From assembly GCA_965178125.1 (NCBI GenBank), contig OZ237747.1, positions 868,001-932,000 of the forward strand: a DNA stretch of 64,000 nucleotides, in the 5' to 3' direction. The stretch comes from Bilabrum cf. latius (Eukaryota). How positions within the stretch are numbered: the first letter of the stretch is position 1; every line of letters starts with the position of its first letter. The position numbers and the translations under genes were made by a program. The notes below the pieces were generated by a model. That model was given only the letters and a program-made list of their open reading frames with translations, did not search any database and was not told the origin of the DNA. Of this stretch, positions 1-11,167 are shown in pieces.

Positions 1-2134
1 CAGGTGCTTCACTAGATGCTGCCGAGAGCAACTGGATCAAGCCAAGACGCACAAGCTGCTTTTTAGCACTGTGCTTGAATCGCTTCTAGCTCAAACAGCA
101 TTGAATGAGCTTCAAGGCTGCTCCCCAGACACGCTGACCATGATCGCTGCCGCCTTCTGGGGGCAGTCTGCGTAGCAGTCGAACGAGACTACGGAGTCCT
201 CCTGAGGCAGCAAACGTTCCGAAGCAAACGGAGTTTGCTTCCAGCAGCTTTGTAGCAGCACCAATCGACCTAATACACACTTCGTGCGATTTAGCTTCAA
301 ACTGCTGCACCAAGGCCAGAACAAGGCCAGACTTCCAGGCGTCCTTTGGTCGCACTTGAGGAGCCCGTGGCCCGGCGATGAGGCACAATACTGACTTGAC
401 TTCGTGCTGGGAGCCCGATCGAAGATGGTCGCGCAGCTGTGTGTGCACAAGGGCAGCTCTGGTGGACTGCAGAACCACATCGGACATCGGCAAGCTTCGC
501 AGCGCGCACATTGCGAGCTCCGCTCCGGCACCCTGCAGGTTGTCCAACATGGAATACACTAGGGTTGGGCAGCGCTCGAGGCGCTGCAGCAGCAGCCTCT
601 TGAAGATCCGCGACAGGTGAGTCGCCGCCTGAGGCGCAGGATATGCAAGCCTGCCTTCACGTCGTAGTCGCTGCTCCGTGCTGTCTGTGATCCAGACTAG
701 CTCCATGGCAGTCACGATGTGCCAGCCGCCGAACCTGTTGATGCCTCGGAGCAGATCCAGGACGTCGTTTGATGCCTCGACTGACCCTAGATAGGCTCGT
801 TCTACTTGCTGCGCGACAATGCTCATGACAGGGGCCGGAAGACGCACAGTGTGACTCCTGAGTCTGCCGCTCATAACGAAAGCCATCTTCAGCTGGTGCG
901 CTGCTTCGTGCACGGTCATCCTCTCCTTCGGGTCGCCGCGCAGCAGAGCGGTCACCACATTGACAATCTCATCTACCTGACAGTACAGCGCGGACCCGCC
1001 CGCCAGGTGAACGGGACCGTCCTCGATTGCCTGCTGGATGGTGCCGTACGTGAGCGCAGTGCCGTCGTGAAGGGCTGCGGGGTATGCCTCCCCGAACGGA
1101 TGCATTCCGCCGGTGACCAGCATATGGAGGAGAATGCCGAGCGACCACGACGCCTGCTTGCCGTACGGAATGCACATGTCATCGCTGCTTGACTGCGCCA
1201 TGCGCCATGCGTCCAGCACCTCGGGTGCCAGCATCGAGTGGTCTGGCCCTGCCGAGTCCCCTCCGCCGACCAGGTCTCTGTACTTGACCGCATTGAAGCT
1301 GGCCTCGATCGCAGCTTTTGTGTGAGGCGAGGTCGATGGTGAGGACGAATCGCCTGCCCTCACGAGGGGGAGCTCCACCATCAATGCGTCTTCCATCTTC
1401 GCGATGACTGGGGTACCCGCCGCAGCCTAGAGATCGTTCGCCTCCCCTCGGTTCATGTCCAGCAGCACGCTCTGCATGCCCAGGTTGCGGTGCACCACCC
1501 CGCGATCGAACATCGTCTACACTGTTTGGGCCAGGCTGGAAGCCCAGTGCATCAGCTGCTCGCTGGTGGGCGGGCATGTCGAGCTCCTGGCGGCAGCTGC
1601 AATGGTCGGGGCAACTGGCACCAGCCCCATGACATGGGCGAGTCGGACGCCGTCTGGCTCCGCAGCGCCACTGGCAGCGGATGGAGCTGCATCGTGTGAC
1701 TGTTGTGTCCAGCTTGGAGGGTATGCAAAGCCGGCCGGGATGGCCAGGTGTTCCACATTGGCGTCTTTAGGCAGCCTGTCGAGGATGTCGACCTTCCGCT
1801 TGCGCTTGTTGAGCTAGGACTGAGATGCAGCTGAGCTCGGATCCCATAGTATGCTTAGTTGAAGCTCACACGCGCTGTGTAGTTGCGCGGGGTTTTCGTC
1901 GCTCCCAAAAGCTGCACCAATCTCGTCAGGAACACGGTAGCACCTGAACGACAGCTCGGCGCCTTGCTTGGACAGGATCAACTTGCCTCTCTGCGGACAT
2001 CTGCAGCTATTGCAAGCATACTACACTACATCATCGGGCGGTTGCATGGCTGCAGCTGCGCCTGATGCGCTGCTACTGAAGACAGCAAACTTGCCCGACG
2101 ATGAATATTTTGTCTCAGCCTCCATTCCTTCCAT
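1..2134 (-). CDS. Protein kinase-fold (probable pseudokinase) with C-terminal helical/ARM-like region; 3' end runs off the window
   Basis: ORFs 1517..1756 and 86..1396 share a frame and join across TAGs. The joined protein reads RGVVHRNLGMQSVLL...APEVL...SWSLGILLHMLVTGGMHPF...LLRGDPKERMTVHEA (kinase subdomains VIb-XI). The ATG at 2134 follows an upstream in-frame TAA. The frame continues past TAG 86-88 to the window edge. Confidence 0.7.
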
Positions 2135-2340
2135 TGCGAGAGAGTCAGTGCAGTATGCCTACGATATGTGCCTCAATTATAATTCAATGCTAGCTGGCGG
2201 GTGCTGAACTAATTGTGCGAGCAGAAAGACACTCTGTGACTGTGTCCTCACAACTATTCCCAGCCAGAAACTTGAGTGGTTCGCTCAGCAAATGGAACTT
2301 TCGGTTGTTGGGACGCGCCCTCTGTGGGCGCCGGTTCCGA

Positions 2341-4206
2341 TTACACCGCTTTGAAGGCTCTCAGCATCGACTCATACCGACTCAAGAACGCCCGTGCCTT
2401 GTCTCTCTTCTTGGCAAACGCCGCAGATGCCGCCCCCTGCCGCACCAGCGGCGCCGGGAGTGCTGCCTCTGCCCCTGCTCCTGGCTCTTTTTGTGGCCCC
2501 GGGGACCCACATCCCGAAAAAGCACGCAAAGAACTCTTGCAACCAGCCCCATCACTATGATGCACACCCGCTAACCCCGCGATGCCCCGAAGCCGATCGA
2601 GGGCCCCCCGCACCTCCTTCCCCTCCGGCTCAGCGCCATGCCGGAGGAGAGCTGCCACGCATTGTTCGTGCTACCAGTCGATTGCCGCCTTGAGCGGGAG
2701 CAGCCTGCGAGCTGGAGCACTCAATCTATCCGTTGGGTCCGATATGTCCGTTGAGCGCGCCCCTTCCGGGTCAGCGCCCACGTCAAGGAGCAGCTGGAGA
2801 GACTCTGTATGCCCCGCGCTAGCAGCGAGCGCGGCCGCAGTTGATCCCGAAGAATCCACGGCGTCGACAAGGCCTCGCATTTCGCCGAATAAATCTCTGT
2901 GCGCGAGGCCAGTCGTCACTACTTCCGGTCGAGTCCCACTGGTTGAACGAGTGCCCGTGCTGCCACTTGGATCGCCCTAGCCGGCGGGGTCTCCAGATGA
3001 GGCCGATGACAGCTGTGGCGCACCGGTTGAGTCCTGATGACTCGGTGGTGTATTTGGTTTATCAGGCACACCTTCACACTCGCCGCATGACAGCATCCAT
3101 TGCAGCACGCGCGATTGGCCTTCCACTGCGGCTGAATGCAGGGGGATTCGACCGAGTGTGTCGCGGGCATCTGCAGTGCAATGCATCAGAGAACAACTAC
3201 TGTAGCTGCTGTAATCCACCCACAAGCCGGCTACAATTCGTCGTGTTCCAGTAGAGTGTTCATCAATCGCGCCGGACCCTGATGCAGCAGGCCCAGGGCG
3301 CGCCCCAGAGCGGCATAGAGCGGAGTCGGATTCCACCAGCGACCGAGCGGCCGAATGAGCACAGCTGCTCAATACTGGCGAGTTGCTGTCCTCAGCTGCA
3401 GCTTGGCTTCCAGTGATGCCGCCGAACGCGTTGCCTGGCTTTGCTCTGTGCCCAGCACCCCCAATTGGCCGTGTTTCAAGCATCCACTTCAGCACGCCCA
3501 GCTGGCCTGCCCCCGCTGCCTCATGCGCGATAGTCAATGCACCCTTGTCTCCCAAACACACAGGGGCTCCGGCTTCGTGCAACAGCCTCAGCGACTCTAC
3601 GTGACCTCTGGCAGCTGCTGCTTGCCAAGCGCCCCGCAGGTTGTCACTGAGGGCGCATGGATCCGCCCCGTGCGACAGCAGTGTCGCAATGCATGCATGG
3701 TTTGGTGTGCGAGCGGCAAGGTGTAAAGGGGTCGCGCCCTCTGCATTCGGATCGGAGGCGCTCGCACCAGCTCGCAGGAGCAGCTCTGCGACCTCAGCGT
3801 GACCTTCCACACATGCGTACAGCAGCGGCCGCCAGCCATTCGGCCGCCGTGCATCAACCCTTGCACCCTAGTTAAGAAGCTGCACACAACAATCGATAGA
3901 TCCAACTGTTGCGGCTTCCATGAGTGGTGTCTTTAGAAGGTTGTCCCTGCAGTCCAGGTACACTGCCGATAGCGCCTCAGAGGCACAAACTTGCCTTACG
4001 GCGCCGACGTCACCCAGCCTTGCTGCCTCGTGTAAGATAGATCGCCCGCTTGCAGCATCAACGAGAAGGATGTCAGACGGGAAATCTAGCGGCGGTAGAG
4101 CTATGGAGCAGTCAAGTGTAGATCGCTTTGCAAGCAAACTGAATGCCTTCTTGCATAATCTCTTCGCCTGCTTCTTCGAAATCTTTGTATCCTACTATAG
4201 GTCCAT
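2341..4206 (-). CDS. Ankyrin repeat protein
   Basis: ORFs 3868..4137, 2977..3810, 2671..2919 and 2341..2658 share a frame and are joined by TAG. Ankyrin motifs include KTPLMEAA, GATPLHLAA and GRIPLHSAA. It starts M-D-L-TAG-TAG-D-T-K at 4206 and ends TAA at 2341-2343. Confidence 0.85.
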
Positions 4207-4342
4207 GTAATACAACAAACTCGCAGTCAAACTCGGAAAATTATGACAAAGTCGACAGTGAGGGAAGCAGTACAGTGCAGTGCAGCAAATGCATTGCACT
4301 GCTCTGCAAATGATCTGGACAGGTGCGCGTCATTAGAAGACG

Positions 4343-5438
4343 ATGGCCAAGTCTGACAAAGGTTCTAGCAAATCATCGGCAAGCGAGTCGAAAGGGACAT
4401 CATTTGTGGAAGGGTTCCAGAGATGGGCAGTGGCTGCGGTCAGTGCGAGCCTCGCTGAGACTGTCACATTCCCACTGGACACGACCAAGATTCGGTAAGT
4501 GTATCTGGAAAAAGTCAAGATTCGTAACACGCGCGCACCAATCTGGTCATTGTCGGGTCATTGTTGCTTTCGGATCTTTGGAATCACAATTGTGCGAGAG
4601 TCATTGTCTTCGCAGGCTACAGCTGCAAGGAGAGTTGGGCAAGGGCCTAGACGGCGGCAAGTTCGATGCCAAGCAGAGCCGTGGCATGTGGGCCACAGCA
4701 GCAGGGATTGCTCGGTAGGAGGGTATCATGTCGCTGTATGGTGGCGTGGAAGCAGCAGTCATTCGATAGGCAGTCTATGGTGGGATCGGCGTCGGGCTGT
4801 ACCAGCCTGTCAGAAAGCTCATCATGGGCAACCAAGACCCGAAGAGTGCATCCCTCCCATTGAGAATTCTCTGCGGCGGAATCACTGGCGGATTGGGACA
4901 GCTAATTGCACAGCCCACGGACACGGTTAAGATCAGGGTGCAGGCCGACGGCCGCCTCAAGCTTCAGGGCAAGCCGCCTAGGTACAACGGGGTGTTTGAC
5001 GCATTCAAGCGCATCGTGGCAGAAGAGGGCATCGCTGGGTACTACCGAGGACTTGGACCCTCTGTGTCGAGGGCGGCAGTGATCAACGGCTGCGGCATTG
5101 CTAGCTACGATCACACCAAGTAGCTGACCCTCAAGATCACAGGACAGAAAGAAGGCTTGTTCGCCCGGATCGTGGGCAGTCTGATCAGCGGCCTAGTCAG
5201 TGCACTGGTAAGCTGTCCCTTTGACGTTGTGAAGACAAGGCTGGCAAATCAGCCGTAGGGTGCAGGCAGGCTGTATTCCGGCATGCTGGATTGCGGGATC
5301 AAGACGATCAGGGCGGAGGGTGTGATGTCGCTGTACAAAGGATTCACGCCAGCGTACGCTAGGCTAGCACCGTGGCAGCTCGTTTTCTTCCTGGTATTCG
5401 AGCAGGTCAACCAGATGGTGTTTGGCAAGATGCTGTGA
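4343..5438 (+). CDS. Mitochondrial carrier (SLC25), uncoupling protein/dicarboxylate-carrier-like; exons 4343-4494 and 4616-5438
   Basis: Three Px[DE]xxKxR signatures (PLDTTKIR, PTDTVKIR, PFDVVKTR) and EGxxxxY[KRG]G motifs. Four in-frame TAGs (4716, 4767, 5121, 5256). Ends TGA 5436-5438. Confidence 0.93.
4495..4615 (+). other. Spliceosomal intron (121 bp)
   Basis: GTAAGT...TTCGCAG; removal restores the conserved TKIR|LQLQGE of the carrier. Confidence 0.9.
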
Positions 5439-5577
5439 TGCCTGCTAGCGAAGATTCTTTTCTTGTTCCACTTGTAATTTGACGCTGGTGAACACCACAC
5501 TCATGATGCATCAACTGCAACTCTAGCAGACCCGCCCGCCGGACCGACCGAATTGCCACCAACACCAGTGGCAGAGC

Positions 5578-8500
5578 TTACAGATCTGCAAGGCCAAAGC
5601 TGTCATGCACAGCCCTGAATTTGAGACTGTTGTGCTCCAGACCCACTGCATGGCCTGCACGGTCAACTGCACCCGTAGCCGTTGCTGATGCTGGCAGCAG
5701 CCTGCTCTCCTCGTCCTGGGCTACCACTCCACCCCCAGTCGCCGACACCAAGTCTGCTAGCTCCTACACGTCGCCTGCCAGCACATCCAGTCCGCCGAGT
5801 GCCCCAGCCTCCCTCCGGTCGATGCTGGCTACCGCTTTGTCAGTCATCGCTTTGTGTTCGTGCCCGCGGCCACTGCCTACTGCCTCTCCGTATTCATCGA
5901 TGCGCGCGCCCCCCGGATCATCCTGTCCCAACGAAAATCCATCCCTATCAAGGCCCTCTCGCGGGCGTGCCGCGGTCATGCGATCTAGCCGAAGCAGCAG
6001 GGCCCGTAGCATGATCCTCCTAGTAGCCGTCAGTCCTTCGCGCCCTCTCTATCCCGCAGCCCGGCCAGCCTTGATAGCAGCAGACAAGATTTCCTTGCGG
6101 CTCGCATCTACGATTGCTTCGACTGTATCCGGTTCGACCGCTCTGGCAACGTGCACTTCAGCACATGCAAGCGCCCCAGCCAGCTGGAAGAGACAAAGGC
6201 GGCAGCAGGCCTGGAATGCACGCTGCAAGATGCCCTGCATCCACACGAGGTCGTGAGGATCTGAACTTTCCGCCTCGTGCCCCTGCATCACTACCCGGAA
6301 GGATTCCAACACTGCAAGCAGAGCACCTCCTACTGCCACTTGTGCTTTGTCCTCTGCGTCCAAGCCATCGCTTGAGGTCGCTTTCAAAACTGCTTTGCCC
6401 AGCACGACAGCAGCCGACTCTACGTCTCTGGAAAAAAGAGCTGCGCCATTCGCAGCCTCGATCGCTTCTTCTCGGTAATTTGGCAATGACCGGCACGCGA
6501 CTAGGTTCCAGAGGTCAGCAAGGCACTCAATTGTAGCCTGCTTGGGATCACCCTGCGACCATCCCGCCATTACCCTGGATCTATCAGCAGGGCTAGCTCC
6601 AGCCAGCGAGCTCCCTTCATCACACCACGCAATAGTAGCGGGAAGGGATTCCTCATCTCTACCAATGTGCTCGCCTTCGATGAGCTTGATTCCATCGGCG
6701 AGCAGATGGTCGACAGTGGTATCTACCGCCTCGCGCCAAGCAGAACGCCCATACGAGACTATGCTGCGGACCTGCCGCAGCAGCAACACTGGATGGACAC
6801 TTACCAGCGATGCTTTGAGGTCGCGTATGGCGTGCTAGGCGGCATCCAGTCCGATAGTGCCCTTGGACTGGTGTTGGGCGATCCGCCACACCGTCGGCCG
6901 GCCATCCCTGGTGGTGCCAAACACTGCAACATGCCCGTGCATTTTTGGTTCCTGCGGCACCCATCGAAGGACAGGTTGCCTTTCAGTTTGCTCAATCTCG
7001 CTTCTGGCTGCCTCCACTGGAGTCTAAGGCAAATCACCGCTCGAGTACGCCCCTTGGTCGGCGTCGTGCATGTGCGCTGTGGGCGAGCCCAGTGCAGAGG
7101 ACGCGTCAATCAAATGCTCCACTTTGAGCGGCTGCTCGTACCGTGACTGCTAGAGGTGGATCACAGCATGTCCACCAACAGACTGGGAATGCATTCTGAA
7201 CTGCACCATGCGGTCATGCGCTGAGATAAAGCTATCAGCCAAGACTGGCTGGGTGCAGATGTTCCGTGCCGCTGCTATGTCACATGCAACTACTGGCCTC
7301 GTGGCCACCGCTTGCAAAGCACTTGCAGCGGCCAGTTTTGCGCGCCGATCAAATAGCTCAGCGGTTTCTGCCTCGTCTGCCGCGCCACGCCCGGCAGGAC
7401 CAGCAAGCTTCACAGATGGTGAGTCGAGTGCCAGCTCAAGTTGCTCCTGGAAAGCGTGCTTTTGAGAGTCCAGTCCTATATCTACGCTTGCCGGCAGGAC
7501 TGAGCTCCATCTCAAGTCCCAGCGTAGCCTAACAATCCAGCCGGTCGGAAACAGTACGAGGGTATCCTGCGGCCCGTCGTGCGCCGCAACGAGAGCAGGT
7601 GCGCGGTGCACAGACCCAGCACCTTCACCGGCTCCAGAACCACTAGAAGCCGAGCCGCTTGCACCTCCGTGGCCCAGTAATCCAAGCGTATCTGCAATGT
7701 GGTCGAAAGCGGACACAGCAACGTTGTCAAGATCTTCAGCAAGCCCACCACCCTTGCTCGAAGCTCGCAGCGCACCAAGAGCCGCAATGTCAGACAAGAG
7801 GGGTGCACGATACTCCCAAGCAGCCCGAATGTACTCGCTTGAAGACCCAAGGGGGATGCGCAGGACCTAACATCCTGGACCCATCACAAGGACGCAGTGG
7901 CAAGGATTGACGCGGTCACCACCACGCAGGTTCAGCTCAGGCCAAGGGGCGACAAAGTCGCCAGGGCTGTGTCCGGAGTGCTCCTGCGTCCAAGGCAGCC
8001 GCAGCCGAGAGAGGTGACCAGGCGCTTCGAGACCTACCCACCGAGCACCAAATATCCCGCGCACCATGCTTGCCGCCCGCCGAATGGCAGATGCTTCGCT
8101 CCTGCCTGCAGCTACGCAATGCAGGACAGCCCGCACCCCCTCTTGCAAAGAAATGAATGCAGAGTCGCGACAATGAGCTGCCATCCGCTCCATCAGCTTA
8201 TCCTTGCTTCTTGTTGCTGCATTAGAGTCGCCCTAATCGTCAGCTGTGAAAGCGTCTTGCCCAGCTGCGCGAGCCAGTGCCAGCACGAACGAGCACCGAG
8301 CGCTGTCCGAGTGGAATGCAAGCAAGATGCTTGCCTCAATCGGCGGTGCGGAAGTGCTCAATTCCGAATGAAGCAGCCCCTAGGCGCGGGCTTCATCAGC
8401 AGTGGCGGGGCCATGGGATACCTGCTCTTCCTTGGCGGCTCTCGGACCGACGGTCACGACTGTATCAGGCGTTGGCTCCCTGCCGATGCGGCCGGCGCGA

Positions 8501-11001
8501 TGCTCTGCCGTGCCAGCACCGGGTTCTAAAGATTTTCCACCAGTGAAAGTCCATGATAGCCGAAGCTTGTACTGCGTTGCATCTGCAGTTGCAGCAGTGG
8601 CCACGTCTTGGCGGGTGCGCCTGCCGCCCACAGCGCCCGAAGTCGCACCCACTGCAAGTCGAGACCCAGCCTACTCAAGAGAACTTAACGCATCTGGAAC
8701 TGAGCTAAACGAAGCGTTCTAGAGTGCCGTTAGATCGAGAGCATGCAGATCTTTGGCCTGCGGAAGACTGCGCGGGGGTAGTCTCAAGGGGTACTTTCGG
8801 TTGCATCGCAGACCGTCCGCGGCCGGCTGCCTCCCGACAAATTCGACCTGAACGGATGCTGTCGGGATGACTACTTCCGTACGATCCACTGAATCGAATG
8901 ACTGCACTCGAATGGAGACGTTCCTTGCCGGGATCACAAGGCGCACACGGCCGTCAGGCCCGCCGCCCAACGATGCCATGCGATCTCGAAGTTTGCCTTC
9001 AAGAATCTTGCCTGCGACCCTGTCAGCTCCCGACGAAATTTCGTTCTTATCAAATTCACCAGCCAGATCAGGAGCGGCACAGCAGCGACATGCAACAATA
9101 CTTGCAAAGCACACGCACTACTCAACGCCTGGATTGCTACGGCTTCCCATGTCCGCTGAGTTCGGCCCCGCCTGATTGCTCGAGTCCAGCTACCTTTGTG
9201 CAGTAGCTCCTGTCAAAATACCGTACGATCTATCACTCTAGGTCGGCGAATCTCTCTTCTGACCAGAACTGCTGGATGGGTCGGTCCCTACGATGCGTCT
9301 ATGCCCATGCATCGCACTGCTTCCGGTCACTTGAACCGAGCGCTCCATGTGCAGCAGCATCCGCTTCGCTCCTCGTGCACCCCCAGCCACAGTACCGTGC
9401 GATTCCACAGCAGCGGGTAGGCCTCTGGTTGCATCATTATCTGTCGTATGTACGCCCTGTGTGCGCAACCAGTCGGCAGTACCGACCTCATGGTGTTGTG
9501 GCATAGCTTCCTGCAGCACCCACCGCTGGCAAACCACGTGGAGCGAAGGCTTTTCTGCTGAGCTGTCGGACAATGATGGGTGTACTGACGAGTATCCGCG
9601 CAGCACGATTCGATGAACGGCCATTTCTTCTCCATCGGCGTCACTACACAACAGAGCAGCGTCGTCGCTGCAGTGCTGCCAGACCACGTGCTGCGTGACG
9701 ACAAAGTCGGCAGACAGGGCACAGCCAACTGCACCATCTGCATGCCCGCCCCCATGAGCTGACTATTGAATGGAATGAATTGCGGCTCTGGGCGCCGGTA
9801 TTTTTGCAATGCAGCTCCCATTCATAGCGAGGACGGCGGCACCATTCGCAACGGCTGGGTCAGGGTCCCGGCCGGGGAGGGCACCAGCTCCGCTTTCGTA
9901 CGTGTCGGATCGAAGTACCCAATCATGGAGGTACATGCCTGGTCCTGGTGTTTCTTTCTTTCCCCTTGCTTCTTCTACTGAAGGCATGGAAGCTCCCCCT
10001 GCGGCCCCTCCAATCATTCCCATGCCCGAACCTGTCGCCCTGATGCCCCCACCTTGCGTACCCGACTGCGAGGGAGCCGGCATCACCGCCTAGTAACAAT
10101 CATCGCTGAGCGTTGAGTTTCCGCCTTGTTCCTGTTGTGTGTCGCTTTTGAGGCCTGCTCTGACACTTGCAGATTGACCGGGCCAGACCCGCGCATCGAT
10201 CGTATCCATCCGTGCGAATTGCACCGCGGATCGGCCCTCACCCACCAATCGCGCTCCCATCTAAAGAACGAAGGCTGAGTCATCTTCCATAGCTACCAAA
10301 ATCGTCTTGCCTTTTGGCCCACCTGACAAGTGCTGCACTAGAATGCCTGGTGATGCGCCGAACCCGGCCATCGATACCGAGCCCGAAAGGCACACTTCGA
10401 GAGAGCCCAAGGGACGGACAATCGCCAGTGATGGAGGCAATTCTGTGCCACCGGGATCTCCACTCTAGCCGTAGCGCCTCTCATAGGCGGTATCGAGCCG
10501 TGCAGTCGGCGGAAAGACCTCTCGAAAATGCAACGAATGCAGCAGTCCAGCGTCGGTAGCTACAACAAGACACGTGGACGACATGGCACAGGCAGATACA
10601 ATTCGCGTGGCTGATAAACCTAGTACCTACTCAAGCAAGCCTCCCACGCTTGGCAGCCTGTATGACTTGTACTGATCCGGCGTGGCAGCCGTTGGATCAC
10701 ACAGAGTATCTCGCACGATCATTTCGCTGGTAATCGACGAAATGACACCAGCCCGGCGCGACCATGATAAAATTGTGTTAGAATTGTCTTGCATGTATTC
10801 GAAGTATTCAGCGGGCCAGCGGATATTATGGAAATAAAATCCATGAAAGGTTGCAACGAGAACGAACTTTCCATTTCCCCAGCAGCGAATCGAGCCGGAT
10901 CTCCACGGCAGCCAGAGCGAAGCCAGGCCGTAGTGTAGACTCTGCAGAGATGGATCAGTGGCATACATAATGTGTGTGCGAGTCACCTGGTGGGTTCCCA
11001 T
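5578..11001 (-). CDS. Large hypothetical protein (~1807 aa if intronless); beta-rich N-terminal part, helical C-terminal part
   Basis: Ten ORF-track fragments (10627..11001 down to 5764..6012) are in one frame. The junctions I translated contain only TAG. The ATG at 11001 follows an in-frame TGA; ends TAA 5578-5580. No family recognised. Confidence 0.7.
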
Positions 11002-11167
11002 GAGATGCCCGACCCCGTTCGTGACTCGGTTGCCTCACCTCATCCCTCCGACACCAGCTCTTCGACCACCCGACGCAGCTTGCTGCTGATGGACAATATT
11101 GCATCCAGCAGTACATGCTCATGGTGGTCCCAACTCTGCCCTAGCAACAGCAGCAGTGTTTCCTTTC

